In this document: positions 47,001 through 59,069 of the stretch, in pieces | Numbering within the stretch: position 1 is the first letter of the stretch | Layout: every line of letters begins with the position of its first letter | Source: Klebsormidium nitens | Taxonomy: Eukaryota; Plantae; Klebsormidiophyceae | Assembly (NCBI GenBank): GCA_000708835.1 | Contig: DF237193.1 | Span: 60,434-124,433, forward strand | Reading direction: 5' to 3' | Length of the DNA stretch: 64,000 bases | The notes under the pieces: generated by a model | Told to the model about the DNA's origin: nothing | Database searches by the model: none | What the model saw: the letters and a program-made list of their open reading frames with translations, nothing else | Program-made: the position numbers and the translations under genes

Positions 47001-50000
47001 TGGAACGTTTCGTTCTGTAGGAGTCAGACTCCAAGCTTATGGGAGGCAGTCACTCGTACTGGCACTTGAAAAGCGAGGCCAGCACAGAATGTACGCTGCT
47101 CAATCAATAAATGACTCTGTTTTAGCGTCCCGTAGAAGTCATTGGAGGCTCATGAGACAAAGTTCGAACGTGGTTCCGAGTCCTGAAACGATCTCTAATG
47201 CTCGACTGAAGGACTCCCCAGCAGTCAGTATCCCTTCAGTACACTGACCGACTGCCCAAGCTAGCAACTGGAGGAGAAAGTCCCATTAGTTTTTCAAAAG
47301 TACCAGGGTACAGCATATGTGTCAAAATGTTTCAGCCAGAGTCAGAACGGAAGTGCTCACGTCATCGTGACGAAATGACCCTTCAGGGCGTCAGGCCACG
47401 TGCTCACTTTCCGGCGGGCCTTCCACTCGTCGGCGTCCAGTTCAAAGGCGACCATACGAGCATGGAGGTCTGCATACAACAGGAGTTTTAGTATCAAAGA
47501 AGTGGATCCAACGGAACCTTTTCAAGTAAAAGAAGCTGGCACACGAATGTGTTCCCATCAATGTAGCAACTCGACTCCGCAGATGGTGATCATCACACCG
47601 CGAAAGAGGATTAAAAACGGGCAATACGATTGCAAGTTACTGAGCAGGTTGAGACCGTTCTGCTTCGCCAGGGATGCCACCGGCGAGACAGCTTAAGCTG
47701 GATCTACAGAGCAAGTCAACCCTCCAACTTAAAAGAACAAAACTGGGGTTTCTGGACTTGATCTCTTATTAAACGAAAATGGACCATATTGGAAGCAAAG
47801 CAGGGACTGAAACGAGCTTCAAAGCCGATCCCGAATGTGGCTGCGAAAAGGCAACACATCCAACGCTTATGACGAGCCCTTTTAGAACAGACCGAGTTGC
47901 TTCGCTGAGCTGGAAAAACGGAAACCGACTATCGAGACCCAGTTTCACGGTTCAAACAGAAGGCAAGCTTTCGTACCTCTACTTTTCGGGTCCAAGTACG
48001 CACTCAACGCTGGATGCACTTCGCCCTTGAAGTGGAACGCAAGCAGCCGATCCTTAGCAACGTCGTCGTCAGACTGTATCGAGCGAGCTGCTCACCGTCA
48101 GTCAGGTTTCTGTTGGAAGAGGTGTAACTCAACAGATGCCATTGCAGATATGAAATACCGCACAAATGATTCTCACAGTGCGCAAAAATGGAGAGGAAGA
48201 GATGGAAAGAATCAACGATCAACCCGAAAGAACCATCTCTTTGAAGAAACGAGTCGCCTTGTTGTAGGTCGACGTTCCTTACTGTCTTCACGGGCACCCA
48301 GCAACGAATTCAATCCATTCCCTGGGCAAAAGCCGCTCAAAAAATCCCGCTTCGTCATCCACCCCCTATCTTTCCTCACTCCGACAGGTTGCCTTCAGTG
48401 ATCAACGATCAAAGAGCAGAGAGCATACGTACCTCCACGAGGAAACTGTTGCCGTCGGCCAACTCGTCTAGGCCCCAATGAAATGTCATAGCCTCCGCCC
48501 CGCCTTGTACATATTTTGAAGGCACCGTGATGCGCAGGCGGTGCGCATCGAAGTAGACTGTGCAATTCTGTGCAGCAAACTTGCCCAGCCAGCAGCTTCC
48601 GGTCTGGTACATGTTGTCCTCATTCAGCTGCAGAACGAACAGTGCCAAGACAATGACCTTCCTTGGGTGTAAACGTTTTTTGAATTCTTACGAGTCTGCT
48701 CTTTGGACGGACCCTGGAGGTCGTGTATCGCGGCGAAAAAGAGCTTGACGAGGCGTGCCAATAAAACGATTCTCTTGCCAAACCTGCTACTATGCAACTT
48801 CATTGGACCAAAAGTGGGCAAAAGCTCTGCACATCCTCAAACGAGATGAAGGACGTACTAACGAATAGAATACTTTGAAAGTACTCCAAGAAGTGGTCCT
48901 TCTCAATCTGGTGACACTCACACGGACCATCATCCATCAAGGCTGCAAATGCAACCACTCACGAGAGTAGAGGATGGACCGGCCCCTTGTTTCTCCAGGA
49001 TTAAGCGGCGAGGCACCCCTTCTTGAGGCTCTGATTCAGCTGCAGCAATATTACGAGACTTGTCAGAAGTTGGCCCGAAAGACTCCGGACATTCTTGTTC
49101 ACCATACTCTGCGACCCTGAATAGGTCTGCGACCATCAGTTGGTCTTCAGATCACATGAGCAGGTTGCAATCTCGAGCGACTTCTAACTCAAATTCCTTG
49201 ATGCCCCCGATTATATACAACTAATACGCAAGGGAGATTGTCTCAATAGAGCGGGAGGCTTGAAAGTGGGTCCCATTCTTGACACCTAGACCGTTGTAGT
49301 AACAAAGCCCCGTTAGCGTCGCAAGTTACAGGCACTGGTATTCGATGCCGACGAAGAAACTCTCCACTCCAGATTGGGGCAGAGTGACTTCAGTCAGGCT
49401 GAACCACCTTGCCACTGCTCACAACTGATTAAAACACCTTCCTTGTGGCAGACTGTCTCACGACTCTCCTCAGGCTCGACCCTACTGACTGGACCACTCA
49501 ATCTCGAGGCCCACTGTTATGACATTGCCAGTATCGCCCCAACATATCGAGAATAGAGATGCCGTAGCTCTAACAAGGTTCGCCAAAATCAAGCAACGCC
49601 GCTCACAAATGCACGAGTGCACCTGGACCTGATTTGGAAAAATGACTAAGAAAGAACGTGTTAGATCACTCACTAGGCTTGTCCTTTTGAGGGGTTTCCT
49701 CCGAGTCGAGGTTGATGACCTGTACTTCGGGTTTGGCCTTGCGGGTGTTCTGAGCAGCACGTTTGACGGCACAACGTGACGTCCCCGGCTGTAGAACAAA
49801 AGCAAGGGTTTGTCAGGAGACTAGATAGAAGACTTAGGTCTCAGAAAGTAAAAATCTGGAAGCAATTGCGTACCTTATTACACTGATGCTAACAATGACA
49901 GCAAGTGTCGAATAAGAAACATGCATACTTTTGGCAGCCTTTTTCAAAGCAAGCTCTCAGCTTGGCGCTCTGGCCAGGAGACGGGCAGGTTCACAAAGTG

Positions 50001-51511
50001 CGTAAGTGTTGTATAACTTCATCGTTGCACGAATCTAAATTCGATGATAGGATCAACTGATGCACTAAACAATTCATTTCAGGTTGATGACAGCAACTCC
50101 AGAACTTGTACTTTTAGGTGCAGATTTAAACTCAAGGACAGAGAAGCCGGTTTCACAAAGGCATTCAGCTCTGACACCGAAGAGCTGTCTGGGAGGCTCT
50201 GCCATCATCTGCATTCGACCTTGTAAGAAGCTTGACAACCTGTAAAAGAAACCTACTCAAGATTCACTTCGAGTGCTATTCAAGGCTAAGTCGAGCACCC
50301 AAATAAGAGCACTGAGAATGCAGTATTACCTTATACTCTGGATCCTTATCAAGCTTTGTTGTCTGCTGCGACGGTCTGTCCCTTTTTGCAGGCGGCAACT
50401 GGAATTCCTCTCCATCATCCCCCTCTGAGGCCCTCCGTTTGGCATTTCTCCAATCCCCCCTCCGCGAGCCAGCCCCGCTAGCCTCCCACATATCCTTCTC
50501 TGCACTCCCCCCCCTCTTCTTATCCTTCTGCCGATTCTCCCTTCTTGAATACTGAGCCCCAGTCTTAGCAGGCTCACTCTCCTCTTCTGAGTCGGGTTCA
50601 ACCTCGTCATCGCGCCCCTCATCAGTCCGCCTGCTAGCCCGGCCGTTGGTTCCGTTCAACCGGCTTACGGCTGCAGCCCCTTGCACCTTACGAGCATCTC
50701 TGCGGCTCCTACCTGGACTCAAGACTTCTGCAACTTCATCGTCTGACTGTTCACGAAGTTTGCTCGCCCGCTTACCCTGCACCGCCGTGCCCACCGTGCG
50801 CGTATTCACAGAAACTTGTCTTGGTCCATCATGTTTAGTACCGTTGAAAATATTAAAAAATTCCCCCGACCCAACCTTGTTATTTGCTGCCACCCGTTCT
50901 GAGCTTCTGCTTGGTGGCGTTCGACCCTCCGTGCCTTGCCGCACATGATTCCCCCCAAAAACACTCTGGAATAAGCTTGGCTTAGAGCCCGCTTGCTTTG
51001 AGCTACCCTTCGCCAGCTTTCCCTTGAGAGCATCAACATTGCGGCTCCCGATTGTGCCTCCTTTCTTCATCGCCCCAGATCCCAACCCTGTAGGAGCTGT
51101 AGAAAGAACGAATTTTTTTGGAGCGCTGCATTGGGTGGCCCTTATCATTGTCATGTCTAGTGCCCTCATGTGTTTCTGCGGGCCTTTGTCCCGTACACGC
51201 ATGGCTACACTCGATGCATCTCCTCAAACGAACCACCAAAAAGAGACTTTCTCTCACATCTCTCAGGCAAGATAAGATGCCCCATATAAAGTGGACAATC
51301 AGCTCAAGCCACAGCCAACGGTCGCAAGCGCTGAACTTTCCTGGTCATAATGATCCAAACATTTGGCTCCAAGCAGACCTGCCTCAACTGGCCAATACGC
51401 ACCTGCTCTTAGCTGGGGGAGTGAGAGTCCATTGTGCCCCTTTGAGGAGCCCCTGCCAGTGCCATCCTCTTCCAGATCAACTGGGAACTTAAATGGGTCT
51501 TCACCACCCAT
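38024..51511 (-). CDS. ULP2: ULP2/SENP6-7-like SUMO protease (peptidase C48) with a very long acidic C-terminal tail
   Basis: Exons include 51403-51511, 50330-51096, 49674-49788, ~48963-49126, 48433-48627, 47977-48073, 47408-47469, 46709-46813, 46039-46194, 45065-45271, 43782-43937, 43330-43438, 42649-42774, 38024-42307. Motifs FLNDTLIDFYIK, HIVNSFFFKKL, KWTRKVDIFLKDFVIVPVN, SLHWSL (His), LDSM (Asp), VPQQDNHCDCGLFLLHYVE (Gln/Cys). Phase between 47408 and 46813 is unresolved, so one exon is probably missing. Confidence 0.92.
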
Positions 51512-52950
51512 GCATGCTCTGTGCCCGCTGCTTCAACTGCAAAGAGCAGATACACATATGTGATACTCAATAAATCTTTGGTGGTGGGATTGTCCTGAGA
51601 ATAGAAAAAAGAGGCCGTCAGGCAAAGATGAGATGTAGCCTCTTCAGCTTTCTCTTGCAATCTGAACGTGCAAGACATTTGGGGCTCTGCGCAAGCCACC
51701 TGCTGACAGGATGTTGGCAGTCCTTTTCGAATTAGGGTTTGGGCAGGCCCTGGCTAAAACCAGCCTTTTTCATCGTTTCTGATTGCAGATTGGACATCCA
51801 GAAAGTCTTCTCTGATTTCAGAGCACAGCACATCTCAGCCATCAAAGGATTGGACAACCTTCACTAGGATCATGCCTGTGTTTGAACATCTTGGCCAGTA
51901 CATGCACAGTATAATCAAACCTCACCTCAACAACAATTTCTGAAACGAAACCCCTGAAAAAGTGAGTACTCTCCCTAATCAGGTGCCTCCAGCCCTCTCA
52001 GCAGCGGCGGCCTATGCAATGCTGCACGTTGCGGTCAGGCATGCTGCTCATCTGGCATGCTGAGAGAAGAAACAAAAAGTATCCACTGCCAGAATCCAGT
52101 GAGCCTTTTCACGCGGGTCGAACACTTCGCAGCATTTCATTGGCCACCAATAGTTTGCCAGGTCATTCAAAGCGGCCCCTCGGCTGCCCCAGCTTTGCAG
52201 CTTCCTACCTGGATGCTCAACCTATGAAATGCAACAACTGCTGCAGCCTTCACTTGCAGGCTAGAGCACCTCAAGCGACTGAATCTGCTCATGCTGATGC
52301 AACTGAGGGATCTCCAAATCCTGGGAAATTTGAAGGCCTTCTAAAATTTTGCTTTTGGCGCGAAGAGATGTCGACGGGAGCTTTGAAGTTTGAAGTTTCA
52401 ATCCGGTCTGAAGGGAACATCCTGACGGTCCTTTGATCATATAAGTACGGTTCAAAGTTTCAGTTCTCACCACCGTCCGATAAGCGGAGTCTGCAACGGA
52501 CGATCGAGCGGCAATGAAATTGAGAAATTGCAAACTAACGCCTAACTAACGGTGCAGAACAATACATGACAATGCACGAAAGCTTGCACGCAACCGCGTG
52601 ATTCACTTCCAATCTAACTCATGGAATTCAGGAAATTTTCCTACACCACCTCCTTCCACCTCCTCTAGTCCTCTCACAAGACTCACGTTGATACAATTCT
52701 CCTATTCTCTCGCTGTGTAGCTTGTTCCAATGATGCTGTGTAGATTCTGAGATTCCATGTCCTGAAGTGCCACGCGGGTGCCACAGGTAGTACAGGTGCG
52801 TACGCCCTGCCTACGCGGCGTGTGGCTACTACAGGCTACTAGCAGCGGCGAATGCGAGTCGTTCACCCGTCTTAGCTAGCATGTAAGACGCGGGGAAGAC
52901 GCGACACCAGCTTAGACATCCTCACGTCGGAATGTCTGGCCCATGTCTAG

Positions 52951-53225
52951 GCCTATCCTGGGCCCGGAGGTTGCCAGAGTTGCCTGCGACGTTGCGCGAC
53001 TTTCCGCGATTCTGCGCGACTTTCCGCAACTGCTCCGCGACTTTGTTCCGCGAACTTTGCGACCTTCACCGCGATTTTATCAATCTTTGAAAAGCATGTT
53101 TTGAAGCAACTTTTATGTTTATATACTTGCAATGCTCCGCGACGTTCCGCGACTTTTCGCGACTTTCCGCGACTTTCGTCCGCGACCTTCACCGCGACTC
53201 TGCGACCTCCGGGTTCAGGATAGGC
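52951..53225. mobile_element. 275-bp non-autonomous MITE, possibly Mutator-like
   Basis: TIRs gcctatcctgggcccggaggttgccagagt (52951-52980) and the reverse complement of 53197-53225 match at 26/30 columns. Flanking 9-mers catgtctag and tatgtctgg match at 7/9. The interior is two blocks of CGCGACTTTC-like repeats. Confidence 0.75.
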
Positions 53226-54911
53226 TATGTCTGGGCCATGATTGTGCGGACGAGATTGATTGCTCGATTGCACGAGTCCTATGGAAGTCTGTTGAAGCGT
53301 CAGAACGTCCCGTCAGAAAATCTTAAACGGTATTTTTAAATGATGTGCCGGGAGCTGTATTGATCATATTGAGGAACACGGGGGCTCATGGGGTAAATTT
53401 ACAGCAGCGCCTTCCGAGCGGCCTGTCCTGTGCGGCCGTTAGGTGCTGTCAGAAATCTATGGGGACTGAAGCTGTATATAAACTTGCCATGAGCCAGAAT
53501 CAACGCCCGGGCCTGATACAGTCAACCAAGCCCATGATGCCGCCAGGGCATGTGCGAATTTACAGATTATAGCCGTTCGCCTGAAGAGCATGAGGCTATG
53601 ATCATTTTTAAAATAGAACCACAGATTGGCCCTCAATCTATTCTCATGGGATCTTCAGGCTCCTCGTGGTTACAACATACACAGCTCTAGTACATGCGAC
53701 TGATCTGGATAAATGCGCAGCACAATGCAGCTCGTATTGGCTAGATGACTCGGATATTTATCTCCTATTTCTGCAATCACACATTACAGTACTACGTCAT
53801 CGTGCTCCAAGATCGCGAATATTGCACAATAGCCTCGCAAATGCGGTTTCGAAGTGCTTCCAAATTGTTCAAAGTAGACGAGTTTTGGACGTGTCGTTAT
53901 GCTGCCAGGAACCACGATACTAGCTGGTCCAGGTCCCAGAGGGGCTAGCTTATGCAATATGCGGCCGCTATGGCCGTTTACGTCTGAAGGGTTCTAAGCA
54001 CCTCATGGACATGTCGATCTTTCCACTCATTCGACACTTCCTAGTCAAACTTATAACATGGATGCCATTCAATTCGTTTCAGGGCCCCTCTCAACCTGCT
54101 TCTACATGTCAGAAGATTGAGCTTGAAGCATGTTTCATGGGCCCAGTGCAAAAGTGGATAAAGTGCAAGTGATGCACCTAAGCTCGAGCTATACGATCTT
54201 GAATTGGAATATTGCCGCGCTGTCATCAGCAAGTCTTTAGAGCTGGCTCAGAAATATGCATGACGAGAACGTACTGGGTCGAACATACAACGCAGGCCTC
54301 GCGGAGGGCCCCCGTTCGGACTGTTCGAAAGCAGACGGCAATTACCTCAAATCCCAGCTAGCCAGCTCTATTCAACCCCACACGGTCACTGTAACAGTTC
54401 TGCTTCCGGCAAACGTTCTATCGAGCTTTGAAAAAGAACATCGTATCTGCCTGCACCTACTTTGATCAAGTCCCGTCCACTCAACCGATCACGTATCCAC
54501 CGTCTGTCTCCGTACTGTAAAAGCCACCGTGTCTTTGCCGTAGTATCACTACCTCTACCCAGTTCCTATCGTCAGGATTTGCCAGCGGTCCTGCAGTCCT
54601 ATCTGCTTGCTTAATTTCGCTGTCGAAAGTAGAATCACTGTACGCTAGGCCTTTCTAAATTGCATGATGCTGAGCAACCTCTTCTGCAGAGTGATCTTCG
54701 GGGCCGTCCCTAAACACTAAAAGTGATCTCTGTCGGTTCCGAACGGCTAGAGCAGAGCTCTGCGTTAGCCCTGTGAATCGAAACTGCAGTCCCAAATTGA
54801 TTATTGGTACTTTCGACCAACCTACGTGTAGTGCCAGTGTTGTTTTGGGAGCAAGGCAGTATCGCCAAGCACTAGTTGAATCGATCTTCTGTCTTTACAT
54901 ACATCTGTATA

Positions 54912-56260
54912 CTAATGAATGTGACTCCGAGGGCTCCCCTTGCTGCTTCGAGACTCGTGAAGGTCACGGTCGTTGTCCAAGACTCGCATAGTCCACTGGA
55001 AAAGAAACGGACAGTAAGAGTCAGATTGTGTGCAGTTTCGGGTCTTGACTGAGTGCCAGCACTCAGATGACGTCTCAACCACAACACGTATGCAAGATAG
55101 AAGAGTACTTCTGCTTGCTTTGGGAATCCGGATCTTCAAAAACGTACAGGCCCTGGAGTGCGTCTTCCATATCGCAAACCGGCGAGCGGCTCTGATACAC
55201 CACAAAAAACCCACGTTCTTTCTTGAGCAATACATCCACGTTACACGGAGCCCACGTCTTTTCGTGAGCATTGGATTCTGCTTGAGCAAGTTATTTCCGT
55301 ACTAAAGTATGTCCGCGGATCGGTTGGGAATCTTTCAGCAGCAACCTTGTCTTAGGATTTCTTTGCCGAGCTTGACTCTTCACTTCCGTAAACCCAGGTC
55401 GAAGCGTGCCAAACTTGTTCACGCAAGCAGCTGCCCGCAGAGCCACAGCCGTCTACTCCACCTTCGCGCTGATAAACTATTGACACTCACGTCCTGAGAA
55501 AGTCTCCTTGGTCCACTCTTGTTCAAACTCTTTCAGTTGGTTCGATTTGGGGTTGACTGAACCGAAGTCGATTAGCATCCGAAATACAATCTGCTTAGTA
55601 TCTTAAGAAGCTTCAGGGGTTTTAGAAGTCGACCCCATCCCTCACCATGTCCATCAGCAGCTGGTACTTGAAGTCCAGCAAGTTCCACCGCTCTCTCGCC
55701 TCCCGCAGCCGCTCTGCCTGCGCGGCATATGTCTCCAGCTCGGCGGCTTGCTTCTTCACTTGAACCCTCAGCTCCAGAAGCTCGCGCTCGATGCCTTCTG
55801 CCGATTTGGGGATGGGGCCGTAGTAATCTGCAAGGTGGGACGGGCTGACGTCAGCGTGTGGCTGTGGAAAAAGTGCAAGCTTTGAAGTCAGGAGCAGCGA
55901 CTCTGGCAGGTGCGAAAGTGTTACACCGATTGCAAGCATCTTGCAGAGAAGCATGGTTGAAGGGACTGAACATTGTGCAGCGTTTCAATCTCATGACAAT
56001 ATATCATAATGATTGGTTCCACCATTTCCTCAGAACAGCACTGTTCTCAGGAAAGACTGAACCCCAGTTGCAACAGGCCCCAAAACTTTGCCAGCACAAA
56101 TAGAGTGCCTTCTGTATCTTCGATGTCGAGGCGCTGTTCCTTACCTGACCGCCAGGCTCCGTCCTCAAACGTGAGCCTGTTGCCCTCAAGCTCCAACACC
56201 ACTGGACCCAAGGCTGCCGCTTCCGCCTTGGCAGCCTCTGATCGGGGCTTCGGCTTCTTG
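54912..56260 (-). CDS. Chibby-like coiled-coil protein (5' exon(s) unresolved)
   Basis: Phase-consistent exons 56145-56260, 55646-55827, 54912-54995 give KKPKPRSEAAKAEAAALGPVVLELEGNRLTFEDGAWRSDYYGPIPKSAEGIERELLELRVQVKKQAAELETYAAQAERLREARERWNLLDFKYQLLMDMWTMRVLDNDRDLHE. This resembles, from recall, the two Chibby hallmarks: L-x-G-x-x-L-x-F-E-x-G-x-W and NLL-x-x-K-x-x-x-L-x-DM. Confidence 0.72.
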
Positions 56261-58212
56261 CTGGAAAGGAGAAGGAAACACCATCAGCATCTTTTGGAAA
56301 TCTGTTGGAGCCCTCTGGGATCTCTATTCTGCCTTACGGGGAATCCAGAGGTCTGCGATCTCCAGTTCAGGATTGGTTTGATTTGAGGGGCGTGATTTCA
56401 ACCAAGTCTCAGATTGAGTAAGGAAGGGAAGATGGTCTGGACTTGAAACTTTCTGTATGGGAACGATAATGCAGGCGCACTTTGCTGACTGCTGCATCGC
56501 TAGACCTTGCAGAATGGGGCCAAGCGCTGAAGACCGCGAGTTTGGAAGAAGAAAGCCCACTGGAAAGAAGAAAGACTTCGTGTCCTTTTGATGGATGTGA
56601 GCGGCATTACGGTATCGCAGGCCGCTTGAAGACAACAAAAGCAAGAAGAGAGGCTTTGTTATTGTACTACTGGTGGTGATGTGAGGCAGTGTCTTTCAGT
56701 GAATGTCTACTTCAATTCCAGATTTCCTTGTCTTTTTGGTGATGTTTCAATTTCGATATACCGGCCCCCGCCCTATTGTTAGCATGTTCAAGAGGCTTCC
56801 GGAATGAGCAGACCCTGCTTCATGATTGCCACAGATTGGACACTTTGAATGACACTTCCCCTGATTCAGGGGAAGATAACCCTTAAGTACCGCCAAGGGA
56901 AGTATCCAGACCAGAAGTATTGCCCTGACCACATTCCACGGTTTTTACCACAAAATCTGGTTTGTCTTTCTCTGGGGCGCCCCTATCAGTTCCCTCAGAT
57001 ACAGATTGTGTCTTTCTCCTCATATTCTCGAGGCAACACGGTCTGCAGCAGCGCAACGCCTGTGATACTTGTCGGACCCTATTACACTCGGCACGCATCT
57101 AGCCCCTCAGCATTGCACATATCATGGCCTGCCCCCAGGCAGTATTCCTCTTCAACGCCCCTTGGGCCCCTGGAATTGGCGGCAGAGGTCGCCCTTGGAA
57201 CCAAAGACTAACGCAGTGGAATGAAAAGAGAATCCTTACCTGAAGATACCCATGGCGTATTGTCAGAGGAATGTCTGGGGCTGCCTGGTTGTCAGACTAC
57301 TCCTGTCACAGAGGCGTGGACTGACGGTTCGGCACCCGGCTGGCAATGCTGGGGACTGTTGCTTCCACACCTTTCAACCGAGGGAGGAGGGCTTACTTGT
57401 TCGCCCCACTGATTACAAATGATGTCGACTATTTTGCCAATGCTGTGGCCAAAACGCATTTATCTTGGCCCAGACTCATATGTATCGGTGCAACACATGG
57501 AGTCTGGAGGACCTATTGCCTTGAAATGTACAGACTTTCCAGCGCAGACCCTGGCATTTCATTCTCCTTGCATTTCTGATGATTGCCCTCATTGCACCGC
57601 AGTGCCCGCCTGTGGCCCTGGCCATGTCTGAAGATCCATCGTGAATGGAATGTGAGTCAACTTCAACTTCAAAAGTCATTGGAAGGGAATCAATCTTCAA
57701 CTCCATCGAAGCGCTCTAGATCTGACATAAAACCTAGGGTTCACGTGTGACTCGGTCAACCTTGGGCTGAGGCCTTGCGCTGAGGATCTTGTCTCACTTA
57801 CAAGATGAGGTTCAAGCGACCTGCTATCTCAACATGATCGAACAGGGCCCCACATTCCGCCGCGCGCAAATATGAATCCGTCGGACGCTGCGGACACGTT
57901 GCGAACAGTCGGCCGGGTACGCTTCTCGGGCGAGTCCGAGAGGAGTCAGAGAATAAGCTTGAACACGTCCGCATCCATGCTGCTCTGAATAGACAACCTG
58001 TTGTTCGGATGACGTGGTACTCATCGGACGGCTTCGAATTGGTTTTTTCTCGTCATTGACGGCTTCAGTTCAGTAGGCCAGACATTATATCTGACCCCTA
58101 AACATCTGGCCTTAGCGCCCACTGCGGCACCAGCAAATCGAACTCTGCTTTCATATCATTTTCATACGGTGGCACCCCTCATGTTGATCAAGAGCTGTGG
58201 AAGTCTTCTCCA

Positions 58213-58228
58213 CCCCCCCCCCCCCCCC
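58213..58228. repeat. Poly-C tract (16 nt)
   Basis: Read directly. Confidence 0.9.
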
Positions 58229-59069
58229 TTGAGCTGGGACCTATTGGAAAGTTGGAAAGCTCCTGTATCCACCCGTGGTAGTGCATAGTACCGCTTTTGA
58301 AGACAAAGAGGAGGGTGGGTCCCTTTGCCAGCAAAGGATGGGGCTGAAGCAATTATGCGTCGGCAGTGCAATCCGGCAGGTGAGTATTCGCCAGCGGTGG
58401 GGTTACAGGCACATTCAGTGATTGCTGCCCTTTTCAAGATGCGCTTGCTGTTTGCACGGCCGAACCTGCCAACAGTTACCCGGAAGCGCTCAACCTGTTT
58501 GGTAATGGTGCCTGTTTGTCTTGGTTTTGGCCCACCTTCCGCTGTACATGCGCACTCGTTAGAATGTGGCACCTTATTCCGAGTTCAGATTGTAGATGCA
58601 GTATGCCTTCACTCGTAATGCCAAATCCATTTATATCCTCGTTTTCTCATAAAAGCACCACTCTTTGCATCGTGCGCTTGTTCAATTTTATTCCTTCTTG
58701 GAGCATTTTCTTTAGAACAGCATCCCGAGCTGGAAGCTTTTCGGGTTAACATAGCTGGTGAAATATTGCAATTTAGAACATTCTGTTGGAACTGTGTTAC
58801 AGCAAGAGAACGTGCATCCAGCGTGCTTGGCGGATGACAGATTGAGTTCCTTTAGCAGCTATGTCAGACCTCTTGGAAGCACGTGTAACTGATTAATGCC
58901 TCAGCAGTTGGTGTGCACTGAGAGAGACCTCACTCTTGAAAAGGATCCTGGCACCATCGCATTAGTGATCTAATAAGATTACCTTTTTGAGCCAGGCGGA
59001 CAGCTCAAGCATTCCATTGCATCTCTCCTCCTGCAGGCCCTTAGGACCACAGCACGCCCGAAGCATAAT

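Noticed and set aside
6796-51740. Scattered telomere-like AAACCCTA/TAGGGTTT words (6796, 33411, 46647, 51731)
   Set aside because: One to two units only. These are ordinary telo-box-like words, not interstitial telomere arrays.
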